This document shows positions 55,126-64,000 of a DNA stretch of 64,000 nt, piece by piece (position 1 is the first letter of the stretch; every line of letters starts with the position of its first letter). A program made the position numbers and the translations under genes. The stretch covers positions 124,001 through 188,000 of the forward strand of contig JAQGDQ010000447.1 in NCBI GenBank assembly GCA_030141605.1, written 5' to 3'. Origin of the DNA: Tubiluchus corallicola. Lineage: Eukaryota > Animalia > Priapulida. The notes below the pieces were generated by a model. The model was not told where the DNA came from. It worked only from the letters and a program-made list of their open reading frames with translations, and searched no databases.

Positions 55126-55582
55126 TCACTTTTCATTCTTTTTCACAGCATGTGTGGTCTATGCACCTATTTTTCCCTTTACAAAGATTGAAAAGCACAA
55201 TGCAAAGGGTTCGAGACGCAGTGGGGGAGAAATTTTTTCAAACTCTAACTTAGTATTGCTTTCATGCGTTTATTGCATTGGAAGGTCAGTAAAAAACAAT
55301 AATAAAAATGAATTGTAAAACCGATCGCTTCGAGTCACTTTATTAATAATAAAAAGAACTGAAATGAACTGTTTTACAAAATATAATTAGTTAGTTCTGC
55401 TGTTCATCCTTTCCACAACCAGTAGAAAGGTTTGCCGTGCTGCCACACATTTGCTAATGTATCGAGTCAGCAAACGGAAGTGGTGCTGACAAGCCACTGG
55501 CGTAGCAGTGTCTAGTTTTTTTGCTGGATTACTGCTGCGTTTACCTGTCTGAAGGCAGATTTCTTTTATTTTAGAATTCTGC

Positions 55583-55643
55583 CTGCCCAATGTCTACAAT
55601 AGACGTGACGGGCGCATGATGATGATGATGATGATGATGATGA
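55583..55643 (+). mobile_element. LINE/SINE 3' tail with (GAT)n
   Basis: ctgcccaatgtctacaatagacgtgacgggcg matches the reverse complement of ~29006-29056. Confidence 0.7.
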
Positions 55644-56629
55644 GCCAGCAAACTATAGAGATCTTTGGCAATTCTATCCCGGCAGTTACTGATACCATAA
55701 AGGACTCAAATTGCTATTGTCGTGCTGAATCCACATCCAAGTGCAGGTTTCACAAAGCCGTCACAAACGTACATTCACTAAACTATTAATGACGACATCG
55801 TTAACTTAGTAATGGCTTTGTGCAACTCACTAAGTCGGAAAGTCGACACTAAATTAACGACGTGGTCAGGGCCGTCTTAACACCATTGTAGGTCCCCGGG
55901 CAAAGCAGTGCACTGGGACCCCTACCACACAACCACTCACAGGAATAACAATGTAAATGGTCGATAAAATTAAACATATATTTATTGTATTGGTACTTCC
56001 AACAAAACCAGAGTAAAGAGGACCTGTTAAACTATGTTAAAAGTATTAGATTACGATAGATAATTATGTTGATGAATGCTGGTATGAAGCCAGTTAAGGA
56101 GTGGTGTCACGTGAGTAAGTGATTCAGAATCGAGGCGTCGAAGCTCGGCGCACGATAGATAAGCCTAGTGATGTGCCTAGCTCAGGGGATTGAGTCTGGG
56201 AGCTGAAGGAGAGCAGGCTAGATCGGGGCTTGGCATTACTATCTGCTAAATTTATTGTGTTTGATGTTCAATAAACGTGTAGTTTTATAATCTGACTCTT
56301 CATAGTTTTGCCATCTCTAAAACACCAATAATCAGCTGTACACAACTAATACAACGAATTATTTTACTATCAGTGTTCAAACGTTAAAAAAACAGCAAAG
56401 ATTAATCAATGCAGACGTTTGAATAATATAAAATACAGCTTTGCAAAACACAAGGATTTCAACGTATAAATAATACTCTATTAGTTACTCTCAGGAGAGT
56501 GTAGTGACGTTAATGTATATGCTTTCACGTTACGTGACGCATGAGAATCGTACTGCAGAGGTGACCGTGGTGCTAAATGAGAGACGAGTGCCAATGTTTA
56601 CTTGTAGCACAATAAATATTATATATACT

Positions 56630-56727
56630 AGTATGGTATGGTATTGTAAGGTATGGTATGATATGGTATGGTATGGTATGGCATGGTATGGTATGGTATG
56701 GTATGGTATGGTATGGTATGGTATGGT
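56630..56727. repeat. (ATGGT)n microsatellite
   Basis: Directly visible. Confidence 0.93.
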
Positions 56728-56943
56728 GGTGCTAAATGAGAGACGAGTGCATAATCTGTACCAGGATTGTGTTAGTTTAAGTTCCTATTTAAAATTTGTT
56801 TATTTTAATTGCACGTTTGTTATGTATTGTGCGATTGTGGGGAGAATTTATCTATCGGTTATGTGAAACTAGGGTCGGATTTTGATTTTGTTGGCCCCTG
56901 GACTGCAGCACATAAAGCCCACGCCTTAATCCGGCAGCGTGCG

Positions 56944-57402
56944 AAACTGTCCGATTCGAGCCAATAAACTATATTAAAATAAATAAATAATACCCTCCGA
57001 AAAAAGACTGATATTCAAAGAGCAAAGCGATCTTTGACCGCATTTCATTGGCAGTAAAAGCGATGGTCATTAGAGGAATAGCTAACAAAGAACATCATTC
57101 AAACTGTCCGATTCAAGCCAATAAACTATATTAAAATAAATAAATAATACCCTTCGAAGGAAGATTCATATACTAAGAGCAAAGCGATCTTTGACCGCAT
57201 TTCATTGGCAGTAAAACCGATGGTCATTAGAGGAATAGTTCACAAAAAACATCACTCAAACTGTCCGATTCATGCAAATAAACTATATTAAAATAAATAA
57301 ATAATACCCTTCGAAAAAAGATTCATATACAAAGAGCAAAGCGATCTTTGACCGCAGTAAAACCGATGGTCATTAGGGGAATAGCTCACAAAGAACATCA
57401 TT
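56944..57402. repeat. 157-bp tandem repeat, 3 copies
   Basis: aaactgtccgattc starts at 56944, 57101 and 57258. Confidence 0.92.
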
Positions 57403-57664
57403 GATAACTTTTCTTTATTAACTCTTTCATTGACCTTCAAAGGCAAAGGGACATCTCGTCGTCAAAGATGTAATGAATCAACTGCTCTGTTTCTATTACA
57501 CAATTCGACTGATTCAATTTAACGAAAGACAAAGCGACTGGATTTATTCACATTCGAGACACACAGGAGACTTCGTCCATTGCAGTATCTAACGCACTGT
57601 GAATTTTTGAACTTATGTTTGCATAAGATCATATATGTATTATAGGCATATATTCAAGTGACAG

Positions 57665-58437
57665 GCGTTGACTCAAATGTAGACTTAGGTAATTCAAATG
57701 TGTCTTGGTAACTCAAATGTAGACTTAGGTAGTTCAAATGTGTTAACAATGGTTTTCAAGAAATCTTTAGCATTTTTGGTTAGTCAAATGTAGACACATG
57801 TCAAGTCAAATGTGACATTGGTATCTCAAATGTGGATAGGTGTTAAAGTTTAAGGATGTTAAATTTAATCTTCTTTGATCTTAACTTAATAATTGCTCTT
57901 AAGAATGTGAAAATAATAACTTTATAGGTCTACTAATAGTTCACTAATATTCTGTAAACTTTACATACCACTGGAACTGTTAGAGAAAACAATACATTCT
58001 TAAAATAAACAATGTTTCTTGAGAGAAACTAATTCATTAATGCAGTGCTAATGCATTACTTAAAAAACTAATTAGTGATTCACTGTTCATTGGAAAGTGG
58101 GAACCAATTTATTCTTTTCTACCAACGCTATGATTTATCAAAGAATTTAGTTTGAGGATAAACAACGCATTTTTCAAAGTTATGAAAGAGGTGATGACTA
58201 TCTTTGTAATTTGCACTTAAATAAGTTAATTACCAATTTATTCAAAGTAATGCATCTATATTTGACTTACCTAAGTCACATTTGAGTTACCAAAACTCAT
58301 TCGAAATTCCTTTGTCTATATTTGACTTACCTAAGTCACATTTGAGTTACCAAAACTCATTCGAAATTCCTATGTCTACATTTGGCTTACCAAGGTCACA
58401 TTTAGACTTTCCTGTGTCTACATTTGACGTGTAAAAT
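57665..58437 (-). mobile_element. MITE family A with damaged ends
   Basis: Internal homology to the 38890 copy. Confidence 0.88.
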
Positions 58438-58705
58438 ATGTACATTATATGAAAATGAAAGTATACACATTTTCCGAGGAAAATAAGATTTTTTTCTAAG
58501 ATATGACGCCCCCCCCCAAACTTTGGTGCCCTGAGGTATAACCTAGTTAGCCTATTGGTTAATACGCCCCCGATCCCAACATCTAGGGATCGATACTCGT
58601 TACACACAACCAATGCTCTGATTTTTTCGCAAACTAAAACCGTTTAATTTTATAAAAGTAATACAGACAGGTCTCAGCTAAATAATCCTAGCTAGACAGT
58701 TGCCT

Positions 58706-59584
58706 CTAAGCGGATCTGCCCAGTCTACTTTGCCCGAAACACCATTTCCTGGTGGCAAATAAGTAAGCGCAAGTCAAGATGATAAAAAGAAAACCACCCA
58801 TCGCACCCGCAAGTGCCAGGTCTATTTTTAAAATGTCACCACTAAAAGCTTTTGGGTTGACGTTAACTCGAATCTGCTCTGACACGTCATTACCAAGGTA
58901 ATTTTCAGCAGTACAAAAGTAGATGCCTCTATCATCGCTGCGTACTGAGGAAATTTGAAGTGTTTTCTCTCTGTGAACAACACTTCCTAGAACAATTTTC
59001 CACTCAAAAAACGGTTCAGGATTGGCGTCTACGTGGCAAGTGAGTTCTAATGAACGAAACTCATTCACAGTAACAATCTTTTCCTTAGGAGCAAAAACCA
59101 CCGGTGGATATGTTACATTTAATTCGATTGAAATCGAATGATTTCTTGCTACTTGCAGCAACACCGCTGTCAGTCTAGTTCTGTGATCAGCTTTTCGCAG
59201 AGGTGGAATACTAACTGTACTTTCTGCAAGCTTCTCTTGGCCGTTGTAGCTGAAATTATACGAAGTTAATTCCACTGGCTTCTCTACTTCATTGTAAGGA
59301 TAATTTAAACGATACCACTTAATATCACTTCTACTCGGAGGAGGTTCAGGACTTTCAAAAACACCTTTCAAGTAGAAATTCTTTCCAATCTCCTCAATCA
59401 CTTGACGTCTATTTATTAGAACTATTCCGCTTGAGGTAATGAAATACTTTTTATGCAAGGATATCAAGAAAGACGTTTCACAAAGCAAATAACCAAAAGC
59501 TACTGATAAACCCACGAAACGCAACATGTTATCCATGCTTGCGTGTTGATGTGAAAAACAGAACAATAGAATCGCGTTGGTCAT
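58706..59584 (-). CDS. Ig-superfamily type I membrane protein (single coding exon)
   Basis: 292-aa ORF with a hydrophobic N-terminus, an Ig domain LELTCHVDANPEP..W...LQISSVRSDDRGIYFCTAEN, TM IDLALAGAMGGFLFIILTCAYLF and a short tail. The start may be a downstream Met. Confidence 0.88.
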   Translation of the reverse strand: MTNAILLFCFSHQHASMDNMLRFVGLSVAFGYLLCETSFLISLHKKYFITSSGIVLINRRQVIEEIGKNFYLKGVFESPEPPPSRSDIKWYRLNYPYNEVEKPVELTSYNFSYNGQEKLAESTVSIPPLRKADHRTRLTAVLLQVARNHSISIELNVTYPPVVFAPKEKIVTVNEFRSLELTCHVDANPEPFFEWKIVLGSVVHREKTLQISSVRSDDRGIYFCTAENYLGNDVSEQIRVNVNPKAFSGDILKIDLALAGAMGGFLFIILTCAYLFATRKWCFGQSRLGRSA

Positions 59585-59754
59585 GATTGTTATCTACAGT
59601 GGCCTGTTTTCTACTTCCATTTTTGTACGTATCTTCGAGTTTTTCATGACTTCGAACCGCACAATGTTAAAACCTGTAGAACCAATTGTTGACTTTTTCT
59701 ATTATTCTAATGATCCTACATAGTAAACGAATAATTATACTTCCAAAAAGTTTC

Positions 59755-60131
59755 AATAAGCCTTTTCGTTGTGCGCACGCGCAGTTGCTGCAGGTTAAAG
59801 GTTAAGTGTACCACAGCAACGCTTCTTAACTACAACCGTCACGTGACATGTGTGTATAACAAAGCCGTCGCGGTACAATTTCAGTAACTTCAGTTGTTTT
59901 ACGTAAACTTTACTTAATTATACGTTAGTCCGTGATTTACTAGCAGGTTTTTGCTTGGGAACAAGAAAAATGAACTAGGTAAGGTTCTAGCTAGCTGTTA
60001 AAACTATCACTATTATAAACAGCACGGGCTGCGAGTCGTTGTCAAGTGTACACAAACGCGTTGTCTGGTTCACTTAACCTTTGACCTTTTCACGTTCATC
60101 ATCAATCGCTGGAACAGTGAAAAGGCTTATT
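59755..60131 (+). mobile_element. MITE family B
   Basis: Both TIRs. Confidence 0.88.
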
Positions 60132-61041
60132 TATCTGAAAATCTAATGATTTCCCCCGCGTATGCAACGACATCTAGTGTTGAAAGATCGAAGCAATGAA
60201 TAATGGGCGAGTTCCAGTCAAAGATATTGCGTCACAGATTAGACATCCTGTGAAATTCAGGGAAATGCATCAGCACTTTGATGAACGCTCACGTCACTCT
60301 AATCAGCGTCATTCACTCTCTTATTATTGCTGTTGTTGTTGTTGTTGTTGTTGTTGATGATGATGATGATGTTTCAATGTTGTTGGTGTTGCCACTGCTG
60401 CTGCAGCTGTTGGTGACTTATCATTGTATCATGCTATTATTGTTGCTATTGTACTACTTCTTGTTCGTCGTTGTCACTGTCGTCGCTGCCGCTTCGTTGT
60501 TATTGTTAACTTTGTCGTCATCATTGTCATCGCTGCTGTCGCTGCTGTTGTTGAACAAAGACAAACAAATTCTGGCTGTCTATACAGACCTAGGGACGGT
60601 TTTAACGAACAACTTTATTCGTAAGGTCGTTCGTAACAAGTTTCTCGGCTGGCTTATGATGGAATTCACAAAAGTTTCGTGACCTAAAGTTAAGAAAAAA
60701 AATTCTTCGTAAGTTTCTTAAAAAAATTCTTACAAATGTGTTAATGAATCCGGCCCCAGAATTTTACCTGTTCTAAGCCGTATACTTGATATCAATCACT
60801 GATGACAGCTAGTAATTTCAAGGTTGATTGTGTAGCTAATAAGATACATGATTAGTCAGTTAGGCAAACAGAGTCTGAGCGAAGCGGGAAAAGTGAACCC
60901 AGTAATTCATTCTTCTTGGGGGCATGCTTTTCAATTTCGCATTCACCATGCGCCTAAAAAGCAAATTTTGTGCCAGGAGATTATTGCCAGGGTGTGCTCA
61001 ATGTAAATAATTGTGGCACGACGTCAGTATCAAATAAATAT

Positions 61042-61417
61042 TCGGGGTGAGCATCGAACCCTTGAATTCTATTCGAACGAGTTTTTTTAGTTCGAACTCG
61101 ATTCGAATCCAAAACTATAGATTCGAATAATTCAGCACTTCAATCACATATGTTCTTTATCACTAAAACGATTGAAACAGCATGCAATTAGTATAATTTA
61201 GTTGTGATTTCTGCACACAATTTTAAACAAATTACTAGTCGTTTTATTGCAGAACAAAATCTAGTGATATGCATGATCTTTGTAAGACAAATTTTTGCTG
61301 GTGGTTCGAAAAATTGTTCGAAAATCTTTCGATCCCAATTCGAATTCGGTTCGAATTGGGAACACTGAAGTTCGGTTCGATTCGAATTCGCTTTCTGGTA
61401 GAGAATGCTCACCTCTA
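61042..61417 (-). mobile_element. hAT-type family C copy 2
   Basis: Reverse complement of 6899-7318, with 8-bp TSD ataaatat. Confidence 0.9.
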
Positions 61418-61702
61418 ATAAATATCAGAATAATAAACTAAGATGGAGAACTGAACGACCAAAGGTGTCTCAGCTACAATCAGTTATGCAATATATACGT
61501 CTATCTTCACTGGGAGAAACATCCACGAGCAGTGGCAGTGATAGTGAAACAACTCAGACCCTGGCAGTCCTCCATCCATTTGGTGACTAAGCTTGGCGTT
61601 CCTTACTTAGATTACTAAGATCCACTCGCCAAATCACCTGCCTGCAAAATCTTTAACATTTGTGAGTCAGATTTCATAAGTCAGGTTTCTATGAGTGTAT
61701 TA

Positions 61703-62002
61703 TGAGTGTATCTATGAGCACTACGTGGGTGGTTAAAGTTTTGTAGTCATGAACGTATCTATGAGCCTTGAGTGTATCTATGAGCACTACGTGGGTGGTT
61801 AAAGTTTTGTAGTCATGAACGTATCTATGAGCCTTGAGTGTGTCTATGAGTACTACGTGGGTGGTTAAAGTTTTGTAGTCATGAACGTATCTATGAGCCT
61901 TGAGTGTATCTATGAGCACTACGTGGGTGGTTAAAGTTTTGTAGTCATGAACGTATCTGTGAGCCTTGAGTGTATCTATGAGCACTACATGGGCAGTTAA
62001 AG
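61703..62002. repeat. 66-bp tandem repeat, ~4.5 copies
   Basis: Directly visible. Confidence 0.93.
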
Positions 62003-62814
62003 TGAAATTTTCAAATCTGGCATACAGTAATCAACACGTTCGGTCCCAGAACGATCATTCTGAACTGTGAATGACATTGGAAGTGCTGATAAAGTCATAA
62101 CATTAGCGCATAATGGCTCCTTTGCGTACCATTTGCTTTTAACTAATTAAACGTTCTAATCTCGCCATCATTAGCTTGATCTATGGCATTAGATTTGCTT
62201 AAAATGCTAAAAAGGTTCTTGATCACTATATAATGCATGTCCAACGACAACGTAAAAACCTTTTTTTTACACTTTTTTACGTTTTTCACACTGCAGCCAT
62301 TATCTAGCACGAAACAACAGGACTTACTGATAGTATTGATGATTGCAGCGGGACCAGCACATAGGTCATTAAACCTAATTCAATAGATACTGGGAAATCT
62401 TATCTTTACCAGAAACGTTAAGCATTAAATACGCCTCGTATAAAAGCATATTGAGCTTTGTTAGTCTGCTAATACATTAATGTAGTCAGAATTGAATCTG
62501 TAACATGGCAAAGAAACATATAAATTAAGTGAAATGAAAAAAAATACGTGTGCAAATGACTAATAGCTAAATATAATAGTCAGTTATAGATGTTATTGTA
62601 CTAGTGAAACCACAGATACATACGTCATCTATAAACAAATAGCTTATAGACAAAGACAAAGACAAACGGCTCCTCCCTCAAGGAGTAGGGCAGATGAAAC
62701 CCTGAAACTGTTTTTTAGGTCGTCGCTCATTAATTTACTTAGCAAACCGAGCATTGCTCAACTTCAATCGCTTAGCACACGCAAGGTCTATTATTCGGTC
62801 CATCTTTAAAACTG

Positions 62815-63170
62815 CTCGGTCTCTAACGTTTATTTCACCTTCTGGTCTCGAACCTTAGGGTCATGTGGTGGCCTCCAACGTCAGTTTCTCCTGCTGGTCT
62901 CCAACCTTAGGGTCATGTGCTAGTCTTCAACCTTAGGGTCATGTGCTGGTCTTCACTGTTAATTTCATCTGCTGGCCTCCAAACTTAGGGTCATGTGCTG
63001 GTCTCCAACCTTAGGGTCATCTGCTGGCCTCCAAACTTAGGGTCATGTGCTGGTATTCACTGTTAATTTCATCTGCTGGCATTCAATCTTAGGGTCATGT
63101 GCTGGCCTCTAGCCTTAGGGTCATGTTGTTGTTGGTTTGTGTGCTGGCCTCCAGCGTTAGGGTCATATGA
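62815..63170. repeat. Degenerate ~24-bp minisatellite (ccttagggtcatgtgctgg...)
   Basis: Directly visible. Confidence 0.85.
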
Positions 63171-63438
63171 ACGAAAATCAGTTCACAGTCCCTAATGTTC
63201 AATATTTCGAAAGTACACAAGCTAGCCTAGTGACATAAAGACTATGTCGGTGATACTTACATAGCAGCCTACAGTATCAGAACGGTTGCGTCAGTTAAAC
63301 CTGAACCAAAAGTCGTAAACAGAGAAGTTCGTAATGGCTATTGAAGCCAAGCTGAGAGACAAACAAATGATGAAGGATTGTTGCCGTCAATTGTTACTTA
63401 GAGCTACATTTATTAGGGCTATTTTTTAATATGTAGCC

Positions 63439-63919
63439 GAGGGGTTTGCAAATTATCTGACTAGCCGGGCCACATTAAACTTTCCCGCAATTCCTGCCGG
63501 CCACAGGCAGTTTGATCAAGGAGCCAAGTACAGAAAGGCCTAATAACGATTTCTTGCATTCGACCTGCGTACATCATTACTACTACACCCAAGAAACTAT
63601 TTTAGAAGTTATTAAAATTTATATTACAAACCATATATTTCTACTTTCAGGACAGATAGTGGTAATTTCATTACAATGCATATTAGTAATGTGTATCACA
63701 CAGTCTGTGTAGTACAGTGTTATTAAGCTACAACCATCTTGTAAAGGTTAATGGCATCCGATCTAGTAGAAAAAACTACCCACACTATCTTTGGGATCGT
63801 GGCACAGACTTCAGCTGGATACACTCAATTAATCGCCAGGGCCGCACTTTCATTAGGTTGACAAATCTCTTCGCGGGCCGCACAAATTATCTCGGCGGGC
63901 CGCAATTTGCACACCCCTG
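63439..63919. mobile_element. Non-autonomous hAT-type element
   Basis: TIR (c/g)aggggt.tgcaaat, subterminal gcgggccgc motifs, perfect 8-bp TSD atgtagcc. Confidence 0.88.
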
Positions 63920-64000
63920 ATGTAGCCTATATAATAGTAAACTATTAGGTTCATAATGAATGATACAGACTGAATATAAATATTAAATGTAAAAGAATAG

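Overview
AT-rich, repeat-dense eukaryotic DNA from an invertebrate animal. The evidence is GT-AG introns, a metazoan-type 5S rRNA-derived SINE, TTAGGG tracts and RTE/L2-type LINEs. A lophotrochozoan or other marine invertebrate is a guess, not shown. Most entries in the ORF track are artefacts of microsatellites and tandem repeats. Genes supported by reading the sequence: (1) a multi-exon + strand gene (~460-10164) encoding a Caspr/neurexin-IV-type fibrinogen-related domain plus a Cys-rich galactose-binding-like domain; (2) a convergent C-type lectin terminal exon (QPD/WND); (3) an intronless class A GPCR broken by a 1-nt frameshift in a T run; (4) a four-exon gene (20426-24722), mostly invisible in the ORF track, for a 153-aa secreted protein with Gly-dibasic sites and a protamine-like Arg/Lys tail; (5) a single-coding-exon Ig-superfamily membrane protein. 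The rest is mobile DNA: three copies of a 5S-headed SINE with an RTE-type tail, about 10 copies of one MITE family and about 8 of another, hAT and Kolobok-like non-autonomous elements, a MITE carrying telomere-like repeats, LINE fragments, and several satellites visibly amplified from transposon internal sequence. No CRISPR or prokaryotic system is present. All family assignments come from motif recognition, not from database searches.
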